Assembly: GCA_003990765.1 (NCBI GenBank)
Contig: RBNJ01000073.1
Span: forward strand, 1 to 44,040
Direction: 5' to 3'
DNA length: 44,040 bases
From: Jimgerdemannia flammicorona
Lineage: Eukaryota
Below the pieces are notes generated by a model. It did no database searches. It saw only the letters and a program-made list of their open reading frames with translations, and had not been told where the DNA came from. The translations under genes and the position numbers were made by a program. The first letter of the stretch is position 1. Every line of letters begins with the position of its first letter. Shown here in pieces: positions 24,006 through 34,899 of the stretch.

Positions 24006-27000
24006 ATGCTAATATCCTTGTCAAAGGATCCCCCCAATAGAAACCGCAAAGATAGCAGAGTCCGTGTCAAGGTTTCTGCTGATTACCTGGCTGAGCTCGT
24101 TGAAAGCCATTCCTTCAGCTTTCGGGAAATCCAAGAGGGTCGATTTATCGCCGACGATGTCTTCAATGTAAAACCCAACTCTGCAGATCTCAGAAAATAC
24201 GGCAAAAGGTTGTTCTGGGCCCTCTTTTCGAATAAAGAGACCAGCGCGGCCTGGCGTCTGCTGAAGGTTATATTATCATCTCAATCAAAGGGTCGGATCC
24301 TTCTCGAACTCAACGGCAACCATGACCTCGAAGTCATCCCCTGGGAGTATGCATGGGGCAACAATGCATATCTGACCAGCCAATGCATATTCGTACGCCT
24401 GCAAAATCCGCAGGGGCGTCAGCCATCGAGGCGTCAGCCGCAGGACCTTCAGCCATCGAGACTTCAGGAACTTCCGCTGCGCATCGTCGCCGTCGTACCG
24501 GACCCCCTCATCCCGGCGGGCGATCCTAACGCGAAGCAATTTCCAGATCTACATCTGAGTGATCAGTTTCAAAGATTATGTGATGCGTATAAGAAGAGTA
24601 ATCGACAGATATTACTGGAGCGTGTGTTCCCGCCGACCGTCGAACAAATGTACGAGTTGCTAAGGGGCAAGCGTGACAAGGCTACGGTGCTTCATTTCAT
24701 GGGACACTGTGGCTCGCAGAATGGTGGTGCGAGGGCACTCATCTTTGAAGATCAAGATGCAGGCAGTCTCGACTTTGCTGACGCGCTACGCTTCGACAAA
24801 TCCATGAATCTGAGGCTGGTGTTCCTCTCTGCCTGTAATACTCGCCAAGTCGCCCAAGACTTGGTCAAAAACGGCATTCCATACACCATCGGTTCACACT
24901 GCCCTCTGCCGGATGACCTCGCCCGCAAATTCGAATACAAATTCTACCAGTTGCTGGTCAGTGGCTACACAGTCGAAAAGGCGATGTTGGAAGCGCGCGC
25001 CTCAATGAAAGACCCAAAAGACATCCGGCAACGTAACTACTTCCCGGGTGCCATGGTGCTCTACTCGTCCACGTTTCGGGAAGAGGATGGTGCATTCAAG
25101 TGCGGGGAGGGCAGGCCCACGATCGAAACCCACATGCCCCCCAACAACCTCGAAGTGCTCCCATTCACGCGAATTTTTTGCGGACGCAAGGAGAACCTTA
25201 TCGAGATAACTCGCACTTTGAGGCGTATGGTGGAGAGAGGAACAGAGACCCGTCCCATGTACACCATTGAGGGCATCGCTGGTCAGGGCAAGACGGCGTT
25301 GGCTGAAATGGCTGTCCGGCGGACAGCGCATCTTTTCCCCGGTGGGATATTTGCTTGGCGTTTCGATCCTTCTCGCAAGGTATCGATCATCAAATATCTT
25401 CGGCGTCTGGGAAAGGTTTTATTTCAGGAAGATTTCGGCAACAACTTTTACAAGTTGGAACAGTCTGTCATCAAGAAATTCTTGAGCCATCAGCCGTGTT
25501 TGTTGATCCTCGATCAAGCTGATGTCTTGAAGCGCGCGCAAGATAAAGGAGATGTGGGAGCCGCACATTTGATAAAGTGGCTTCTGAAAATTATGTCGAT
25601 ACGCGGGATTGTAGTTAAATATTTTGCAACATCACAACAACCTCTCAATTGGACAACGGAGGAGAATCCTATGGTTCTCAACGGTTTAACAGATTTGGAT
25701 ATTGGTAGCGGCGTCGAGTTGTTCATTCGAAATCTTGATGCTCAAGTAAGGAAGAGGATGGAGAAAGAGGACAATACCAAGCAGTTGCTGCACGATCTCG
25801 TCAGGTTCGTAGACGGACATCCACTGTGTTTGGAATCCCTTGGCCATGCCGTCGGCTTATCACAACATAGCAATGCATCACTTGAGGAACTCGTTCATGA
25901 CCATTTCGATAAAATGCTAGTGAAGGGCTCACATGGAAGTAGAAACCTCAAAACTCGTTTCCAACCAACCATCGACGCGCTTCCAACACGGCAGCGCCTG
26001 CTACTCTATATGTGTTCTCTCTTCACCGGACCAATAACAGAAGGAGTGCTCGCGTTCTTACATTATTTTGTCAAATACACTTCGTCGTCGGAAGGGGTTG
26101 ATTATAGTAATGAGAACCTGCAACAATTATGTGATAGCCAGTTATTGTGGAAAAGAGAAGTGGAATACAAGATTCATGTCGCTCTTAAGGAAGGTGTGAG
26201 ACAGTGTAATTCTGTGATGAAACTGCAACTATGTATGCCGATACTCGGCGAATATGGTGACACGTTTGTAATTGGCATTGCCAAAGCATCTAAGCATGGT
26301 GAGTAATGCAAATGAAATGTGAATATTTGAATCTATTTCGTTCACGATTTCAACTATCTTTTAATTTTCACAACAGGAATTTCTATGGTGCGCGAATGGC
26401 AACTCCGAAGTATCCAAGAACACGCCCACAGTGAAGTGAAGCACAAGACTTATGGCGTACAATATTATGACATTGTCGACATTCCTGGTGCCAGCAGCCA
26501 CAAAATAATAAGGGACGGCGTGGAGCAGCAATTGTTATTTGGTGGATTGGTAGTGTTCAGACGTACAGCATCCGAAAATCTTCAAGTTAGTTTTCCTAGG
26601 TTCTGCATGGAGAACATCATACCGATTGTGACAGAAACGAAATCGCCGTTCATTCTGTGTTTGCATCATGCCGACACGGAGCCCGGCAAACGACCTACCA
26701 CAAATGCCGCAAGGAATATAGTTCTGATGAAGAAAACCATGGAGATTTTGCAATCTGCTCTGGAGATGACGCACTTTATAATTATGACGGAACCTCCTCT
26801 GGGTGAGTTGTAGTCTCTTCCATTCGTGAGCAACAATTGTGAGAAACAATTCAGATTCAAAATAACATCGTCGAACTACTTTTTTGAATGCACGAACTGA
26901 TAGACATTATCCGCGGAAAAGGATGTTTGCCAAGTGAGCGGAAATTTTGGTATAGTAATGTGAAAAGGATGAACTAATAGAAAGCGCTCGCTGACAAAGA

Positions 27001-30000
27001 TGCTTCCCATTCATCAAACCAAAGGCGTCAGTGAGAGCCAACCGCCAATGGAGGTAGATTTTGGCAACGTCCACACATGTGGAAATTTTGTTGGACGTCA
27101 GCAAGAACTCCAGAAATTGGAAGAACTACTGAGTGACAAAGAAATTCGCTATATCACCATTCGCGGTTTTGGCGGGATGGGCAAAACGGCATTGGCAATT
27201 CACGCAGTCAAAAACTTCAAAGCTGGCAGAGTTCTGGTGATATCCCTCGTTGGAAACCCAAGTTCAGATGCAGTAATCTCAACAATCGCCGGACTTCTCA
27301 ACATCGACATCGAAACGTCTCGAAATCCAGGGCTTCGACAAAATTTAGTCACGGCTAAGTTATCTAGTGGAGGGAAAATGCTATTTTATCTTGACCATAT
27401 GGATGATGTCAAGCATGCAACTAAACACGAAGACCCAGCGACGAAAGAGGATGCAATAGCTTTGATGAGGTTTTTCCACCATATACCGAGCAACATTAAG
27501 GTTCTTGCAACATCAAGAATCGCGCTTGGTTGGCCCAATGAAAAGGCTATCGAGTTGGAAGGTTTAGCGCCAGATGATGGCATACAAGTCTTTCGACAAT
27601 GGGCTCCCGAACGTTTGGATGACATCGACAATGAGCATGCAAAGAAAATTAGTCATCTTGCAGGCGGTCATCCATTATCTATTCGTCTTCTCGGACGTGC
27701 CTTCAACAAGGACAAAGAGTCTGTCGATCAATTCATCAAGAACTTTCGCAAAAGGCTACAGAATGCAAAAGATACTCTTGAGGAACGTCACAATTCGCTC
27801 AAGACCTGCATCCAATCTAGCTTTGATTACCTAGATGAAAATCTAAAAATGTTGCTTGACCAGTTAAGACTATTTGAGGTTGCATTCTCGGCGACGCTAG
27901 TGCAGAAGGTTTTGGATCGTAGCACTGCATCGTCATTGGCATCGTCTGCAGCGAGCAATTTGCATACACTTTGGCAACAGAGCTGGCTGAACGAACTCAA
28001 GTATGATTCAAGGTTCGGTGACTGGCGTCCCAGGTTTATGGAGAAAGATACAACGTTTTACACCCTACACCCTCAATTGCGCGAGTTCCTCAATCACCAG
28101 TCTAGCCATGCCGAACATTCCGTTACTGACATGTGGTATGATTCGGAGATACAGTTCTATACTGCCTTATGTTACGGCGTTGGTTGCGGCGTTGCAAATG
28201 ATCTAGTGAAACAGATTGAGTGGTGCACTAAAGCTGCGACGAATGGACATTTAGAGGCGCAGCTAACCGTTGCTGCTTGTTACGAGGAAGGAGGAGGAGG
28301 CGTAGACGTAGATAAGAAGGCGGCGTTTGAATGGTACTTGAAAGCTGCAGAAGCTGGCGACAAAGGAGCACAAGAAAAGGTTGCAAATTGTTATTTAATG
28401 GGAAATGGTGTCGAGAATAGCATCGAACAATGTCATCATTGGCACAAACTTTACGAGGAAAACAAGAACGATTCACTGTCGATCAAGTTTGATCTTTCTC
28501 TTCCGCTGTTACATCGCGCAGCTGAAGGTGGTCATGTGGCATTGATCAGATCATTGCTCAATCAACCCAACGCCAACGTCGAATTGAAGGACAGGCATGG
28601 TCGGACCCCACTGCACCTAGCTGTCGAGAAAGGTCACATCGACGTGTTCAAGCTACTCGTGTTGGAATTCAATGCAAACCCCAATGCAGAGGACAAGAAA
28701 GGTAACACGCTAGTGCACCGTGCCGCAGAAAACGGACATGTCGAATTCATAGTCATACTCATGGACGCGTTTGGGGCGGACGCTAACGCCAAGAACATCG
28801 ACGGATGGACGCCGTTGCACCTGGCTGCGAAGGGAGGGTACGTCGAAGTCGTGAGGTTGCTGGTGACCGAGTTCGAGGCGTTTGTCAAAGTTAGCAACAA
28901 CGAGAGATTTATACCGATCCGTTATGCCGCGGTTAATGGGCACGTCGAGGTCGTGAAATTGCTTCTAGTCGAGTTTCAAATGCTAGATTTCGGAGGTATG
29001 CCAGAATTATGTGAAGCATTGTATGAAGGCCATGGAGTCAAGCCCACGATCTGCTGTGCGTGTTTGCTCACCCACCTTCTATTCATGTTTAGGGTACCGC
29101 ATAGGCAACGATGGGGCACGTGCCATAGCCGAGTCTCTGAAGCAGAACTTGACCTTGGCCACGCTGAATCTCGGAAGTATGTCAGAACTGTGTGAAGCAT
29201 TGTGCAGTCGCACGACGAAATCAAGCTCACGATCTGTGCGTGTTTGTTCAATCCCTTGTTCATGTTCAGGGAACAGCATCGGCCACGAGGGGGCACGTGC
29301 ATTAGCTAAGTCAATGAAGCACAACGCGACCTTGACCACGCTGAATCTTGAAAGTATATCGGAAATGTTTGAAGCATTGTGTGCAACCGCGCGATGGTTT
29401 CAAGCTCACGATCTGTGTGCGTTCGCTCATTTATCCTCCTTTCATGTTCAGTGAATGGCATCGGCGACGAGGGGGCACGAGCCATAGCCGAGTCTCTGAC
29501 GCAGAACACCACCTTGACCATGCTGAATCTCGGAGGTATGTCGGAACTATGTGAAGCATTGTGTGCGGCAGCGCGATGGAATCGAGCCCACGATCTGGGC
29601 GTTTCCGCTCATCCCCTGTTCATCTTAAAGGGAATTACGTTGGCCACGAAGGGGCCCGTGCACTAGCTGAGTCTCTGAAGCAGAACGCGACCTTGACCGG
29701 GCTAAATCTCGGAGGTATGTCGGACCCTGGTGAAGCATTGTGTGCAGCAGGTCGATGGAATGAAACTTACGATCTGTGCGTGTTCGCTCATTCATCCCCT
29801 GTTCATGTTTAGTGAATAGCATTGGTGACATGGGGGCACGCGCCCTAGCCGAGTCTCTGGAGCGTAACGCGACTTTGACCACGCTGAATCTCGGAGGTAT
29901 GTCGGAACTGTGTGAAGCATTGTTTGCAGCTGCGCGATGGAATGAAGCTCACGCTCTATGAGGATTCGCTCATCGATCCCCTGTTCATGTTCAGTGAACA

Positions 30001-32579
30001 GCATCTGCGACGAGGGGGCACGAGCCCTAGCTGAGTCTCTGAAACAGAACACGACCTTGATCACGATAAGTCTCCGAGGTACGTAGGAAATGCGTGAAGA
30101 ATTGTGTGCAACTGCTAAATGGAATCAAGTTCATGGCCTAAGCGTGTTCACCCATCTATCCCCTGTTCATGTTCAGACAACAGGATCGGCCAAGAGGGGG
30201 CACGCGCCCTAGGGGAGTCTCTGAAGCAGAACACAACTTTGTCTACGCTGAATCTCGAATGTATGTCGGAACTGTGTGAAGCATTGTTTGAAGATGTGCG
30301 ACGAAATCAAGCTCGGTTCTGAGGGTGTTTGTTGATCCCATTTTCAGGGAATTGCATCGGCCACGAGGGGGGACGCGCTCTTGCCGATCCTCTGAAACAG
30401 AATACGAGCTTGACCACGCTGAATCTCGAAAGTATGTCGACACTATGTGAAGCATTGTATGCAGCTGCGCGACGGCTTCAAACTCATGATCTGTGCGTGT
30501 TCGCCCATTTATCCTCTGTTCATGTTCAGGGAACGGCATCGGTCACGAGGAGGCACGCGCCCTAGCCACGTCTCTGAAGCAGAACACAACCTTGATCACG
30601 CTGAATCTCGAAAGTAATTCGGAACCGTTTGAAGCTTTGTATGCAGCTGCGCAATGGTTTAAAGTTCACATTCTGTGCGTAATCGTCCATTTTGTACAGT
30701 GAACAGCATCGGCGACGAGGGGGCACGTGCCCTAGCCGAATCTCTGAAGCAGAACACGACTTTGGCTACGCTGAATCTCAAATGTATGTTGACGCATTGT
30801 GTGCAGCTGCTTGCTACAATCGAGCTCACGATCTGTGCGTGTTCGCTCATCCATCTCATATTCATGTTCAGTTAACAGCATCGGCGACGAGGCGGCACGC
30901 GCACTAGCTGAGTCTCTGAAGCTGAACGCAACCTTGTCTATGCTGAATCTCGAATGTATGTCGGAACTGTCTAAAGCATTATATGTAGCTGTGCGATGGA
31001 AACGAACTCAGGATATGTGTGTATTTCCTCATCCATTCCCTGTCCTTGTTCAGGGAACAACATCGGCCACGAGGGGGCACGCGCCCTAGCAGAGTCTCTG
31101 AAGCAGAACACGACCCTGACCACGCTGAATCTCTACAGTATGTCCGAACTGTGTGAAGCCTTTTACGCAGTTGTGCGATCGTTTCAAGCTCACTATCTGT
31201 GCGTGTTCGCTCATTTATTCCCTGTCCTTGTTTAGGGAACAGCATCTGTCACCAAGGGGCACACGCCCTAGCCGAGTCTCTGAAGCAGAACACGATCTTG
31301 ACCATGCTGAATCTGGAAAGTATGTCGGCACCATTTAAAGAATTGTGTGCAGCTGCGCGATGATTTCAAGCTCACTTTCTGAGGGTGTTCGCTCATATTT
31401 ATCCTGTTCATGCTCAGGGAACAGCATCGGCCACGAGGGGGCACGCGCCCTAGCCGAGGCTCTGAAGCAGAACACGACCTTGACCATGCTGAATCTCCAA
31501 AGTATGTCGGGACTGTTTGAAGCATTGTGTGCAGTTACCCGATGGTTTGATATGTGGGTGTTCGCTCATTTATCCCATCTTCATGTTCAGTGAACAACAT
31601 CGGCGACGTGGGGGCAAGCGCCCTAGCTGAGTCTCTGAAGCATAACATAACTTTGTCTATGCTGAATCTCGAATGTATGTCAGGACTGTGTAAAACATTG
31701 TTTGCAGCTGCGCGATGGAATCCAACTCAGGATCTGTGCGTGTTTTCTCATCTATCCCCTGTTCATTTTCAGGGAACAGCATCGGCCACAAGGGGGCACG
31801 CGCCCTAGCCGAGTCTCTGAAGCAGAACAAAACCTTATCTATGCTGAATCTCGAATGTATGTCGGAACTGTGTCAAGCATTGTTCGCAGCTGCGCAATAG
31901 AATCAAGCTCAAATCTGTACATATGGTTCACCCATCACCTGTTCATGTTCAGGGAACAGCATCGGCCACGAGGGGGCACGCGCCCTGGCCGAGTCTCTGG
32001 AGCAGAACATGGCCTTGACCACGCTGAATCTCTACAGTATGTCGAATCTGTATAAGCATTTTGTGCAGCTGCGCGATGGTTTCAAGCTCGTGAACTGTTT
32101 GTGTTCTTCATTTATCCCCTGTTCATCTTCAGAGAACGGGATCGGCGACGATGGGGCACGTGCCCTTGCCATGTCTCTGAATCAGAACAGGACCTTGACC
32201 ACGCTGAATCTCGAAAGTATGTCGGAACTGCTTGAAGGATTGTGTGCAGCTATGCGGTGTTTTCGAGCTCGCGATCTGTGCTTGTTCGTTCATTTACCCC
32301 TCCTCATGTTCAGTGAACAGCATCGACGACAGGGGAGCATTCGCCCTAGCCGAGTCTCTGAAGAAAAACACGACTTTGGCTACGCTGAAACTCAAATGTA
32401 TTTCGGAACTATGTGACGCATTGTGGCAACTACTCGATAGAACCTAGCTCACGATCTGTGCATATTCGCTCATCAATCTCTATTCATATTAAGGTAACAT
32501 CTTCGGCGACGAAGGGGCACGCGCCCTAGCCAAGTCTTTGAAGCATAACACGACCTTGACGCTATATTATATGATGTAA
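24006..32579 (+). CDS. Multi-exon NLR-like protein (~2,130 aa): CHAT protease, NB-ARC/STAND, spacer, NB-ARC/STAND, Sel1 x3, ankyrin x5, LRR x20
   Basis: Exons join in one frame through phase-1 GT-AG introns: 24,006(or acceptor at 24,027)-26,298; 26,377-26,802; 26,904-26,933 (mini-exon, less certain); 27,025-28,995; then LRR exons starting at 29,093, 29,270, 29,452, 29,631, 29,813, 29,995, 30,177, 30,348, 30,530, 30,700, 30,872, 31,054, 31,236, 31,418, 31,591, 31,773, 31,953, 32,133, 32,314 (84 nt each) and 32,494-32,579 (TAA). True start uncertain; upstream exons possible near 23,268 and 23,582. Confidence 0.85.
24200..25070 (+). other. CHAT (caspase/separase-like, clan CD) protease domain
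   Basis: LEVIPWEY, VLHFMGHC (His at 24,705-24,707), LIFED, LVFLSACNT (Cys at 24,834-24,836), FEYKFYQLLVSGYTVEKAMLEAR. Confidence 0.88.
25170..26200 (+). other. First NB-ARC-like STAND NTPase domain
   Basis: FCGRKE; Walker A GIAGQGKTALA; Walker B LLILDQAD; FATSQ; GHPLCL (GxP); YKIHVALKE (MHD-like). Confidence 0.85.
27085..28095 (+). other. Second NB-ARC-like STAND NTPase domain
   Basis: FVGRQQEL; Walker A GFGGMGKTALA; Walker B LFYLDHMD; VLATSR; LEGLAPDDG; GGHPLSIRLLG; YTLHPQLREF. Confidence 0.9.
28140..28460 (+). other. Three Sel1-like repeats
   Basis: AQLTVAACYEEGGGGVDVDKKAAFEWYLKAAEAGD plus two flanking similar units. Confidence 0.85.
28500..28979 (+). other. Five ankyrin repeats
   Basis: GRTPLHLAVEKGHIDVFKLL, GWTPLHLAAKGGYVEVVRLL and similar units. 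Confidence 0.92.
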
Positions 32580-32690
32580 ACGACGATGGTATGGTATATC
32601 AGACAGTGTGAAAAATTTTGTGGAGCTGCGCGATAGTATTGGGCTGACGATCTGTGCGTGTTCGCCCATCATCCATTCATTTTCAGATGG
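28996..32690 (+). repeat. Tandem array of ~180-bp intron+exon units, each encoding one 28-aa RI/NLRC3-type LRR
   Basis: Unit = GTATGTCGGAACTGTGTGAAGCATTG...GTTCGCTCAT...TTCATGTTCAG intron (~87-98 nt) plus an 84-nt exon xNSIGHEGARALAESLKQNTTLTTLNLx; 20 exons and 21 intron copies. Confidence 0.95.
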
Positions 32691-33328
32691 TAACAGCAGC
32701 TGCACTACATAATCGGGAGATTTATTCTTATGTAATCTTGCTTCTATAGCTCTGTGTGTTTCAACAGTGATTCAATTTTGACTCTGCTAGAATTGTTTTG
32801 AGGTTTCAATAAGAGAGAATTGTGGCCATATTCAAGTTCACTTAGGATTACATATTGGGAGAGAATAGCAATCTGATAGCCAAGAGTTAATCATTATTGG
32901 TATTCTTCAGAAATATCAACTTTCAATGCTATAAACAGTACTCACTATTGGATGTTTGTAGCAAATTTGAAAAGTCAGATAGGTAGTAAAATGTTTGATA
33001 AATTGATGCTTAATGAAAAACTGATCAAATGAATGATATATTTGAAGATGGGACAAGCATAATAACCAGCCAAATTTGAGGCATTTTTTTAAAAAAAATC
33101 CCAGGATTTTGGGCTTGAGAGCTTCACATGCCAAATGCACCGGCATAAAATTTTGAGAATACCGGGTTGTGTGAGAGAGGTATGCAAAAACAAAGTGGTA
33201 GCAATGCCAGCTCCTGCGGCGCGACCAAACGGCCGTAATCTCGCGGTGTCCTGCTAGCACCACCATCCCCTGCCCAGCTTCGTGCAAGCTCGTGGGCGCC
33301 CTTTCCGCGCCGCAACCCGGGTGTTTCC

Positions 33329-33999
33329 AACGCCAAGAAAACTGATGGATGGACACCGCTTCACGCAGCTGCGAAAAACGGCCACGTCGAGTTTGTGAAA
33401 TTGCTCATTGCCGACTCTAAGGAGGACACCGACCTCAAGACCGACATATTATGGACGTGGCTGCGCAGAACGGGCACATCGATATTGTGAGGTTGCTCTT
33501 GGCCGACTCCAAGGCCAACGCCAAGGACAAGGACGGATGGACGGCGCTTCGCTGGGCAACGACCGAGGGGCACGTCGGAATTGCGAAAATGCTCTTAGCC
33601 GACACCAAGTGGGACGCCAACGCCAAGACGAAGGACAGAAGGGCGCCGCTTCACCTCGCTGCGCAGAACGGGCACGTCGATATTGTGCGGTTGCTCTTGG
33701 CAGACACCAATGCGGTTGCCAACGCCAAAACCAACGAAGGGCAGAAACCGTTGCAGCTGACAATTGAACGGCCGATCCACTCCGGAATTCGATGCGGTGG
33801 ATGTAAGCTGTACCCAATCACTGGAGAACGATATAAGTGCACGACCTGTGAAGACTATGATTTTTGCAGTTCATGCTCTATCAAGGAAACTGGTATTCAT
33901 AATAACCATGAGTTTTGCCTTTTTGAATTGACTAAGGCCACTGTGGAGGCTTTGGAAGATTTACAGATGGTGAAATCGCTTTATCTATTTGAGTTGTGA
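33329..33999 (+). pseudogene. Ankyrin repeats plus ZZ-type zinc finger; 5'-truncated, frameshifted fragment (a 182-aa ORF remains from 33,451)
   Basis: NAKKTDGWTPLHAAAKNGHVEFVKLL starts mid-repeat at 33,329; frameshift at ~33,445; three more ANK repeats; then HSGIRCGGC..PITGERYKCTTCEDYDFCSSC...HNNHEF. Confidence 0.75.
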
Positions 34000-34899
34000 G
34001 ACTGCCTGGTTTGGTTTGATGATTACCCTTTAGCTTGTGAAGGGGCTGAAAGGGGGTTTCTATTGTAAGTTTGGGTGTTGCATGGAGGTGAGAGAATTAG
34101 GAAGAGAGGCAAAGGTGCCTGACAATGCCAGTAACATTCAATGGATGGGTGTGGTAATATCATTACCACTCTCTTGCTGTATTATTTCCTTTGCTCAGAT
34201 GAACATACAATATATATAATATTGGAGAAAAATAAATTTACGAAATAACAATAATGGAAATGTGAAAACGAACCCAGACAACGAAAAACTATATGGTAAC
34301 GTTCATCAATTGACCTTGGCCAAGGCCACTTTGAATCGCAAACGGAGCACCATGCCAGCGACGCAACTCATATCCAGCAAGTTCCATCAGAGTTCGATTT
34401 AGATTTCTGTATTCTGCTTGAAAACGGCATCGATTTAAGCTCCGATTTGCCCTTCAATTTTCCTTCTGAAGCGCCTCTTGACACACACTTCGACTTCAAC
34501 AATTATTAATACTTGAATTTCTAAGGAATCTCCGCGGTTTCCATATGTCGTGCACAGCAGCTCGTGCGCAGCAAGATTTCGTTCCTCGTTGCAATGGGAG
34601 CGGACGACGATCAAAGTAAGGCAAAAATGCGCTAGATAAAGGGCATATCCCAACTTTTGCACTCCGTTGCGTCTCAAATTTTGCATCCACGCCTTGGCGA
34701 CCTATAATTTTATCCATGTTAGACTAATTGCACGTTCTTGTTCTCATCCAGTGCCACCTGCAACCCCACGACCCGTCCGCCAAACTCAGGCCGTTTTGCA
34801 GGCTTCCGCAAATCGTGCCATTAATATCCCAATTTCTTATGTTTTCCAAACCCATCTACTAGGCCTGGATACCGAGCTTGGTGCCCTGTTCACCCTAAG

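Noticed and set aside
28996-32579. Regular repeat array read as CRISPR, or as many small ORFs or a frameshifted pseudogene
   Set aside because: Both alternating parts are mutually homologous with no unique spacers. They resolve into GT-AG introns and in-frame 84-nt exons; the short ORFs are intron read-through.
34290-34720. Gasdermin or other effector partner gene on the minus strand
   Set aside because: Only fragmented frames with stops and no recognisable family motif.
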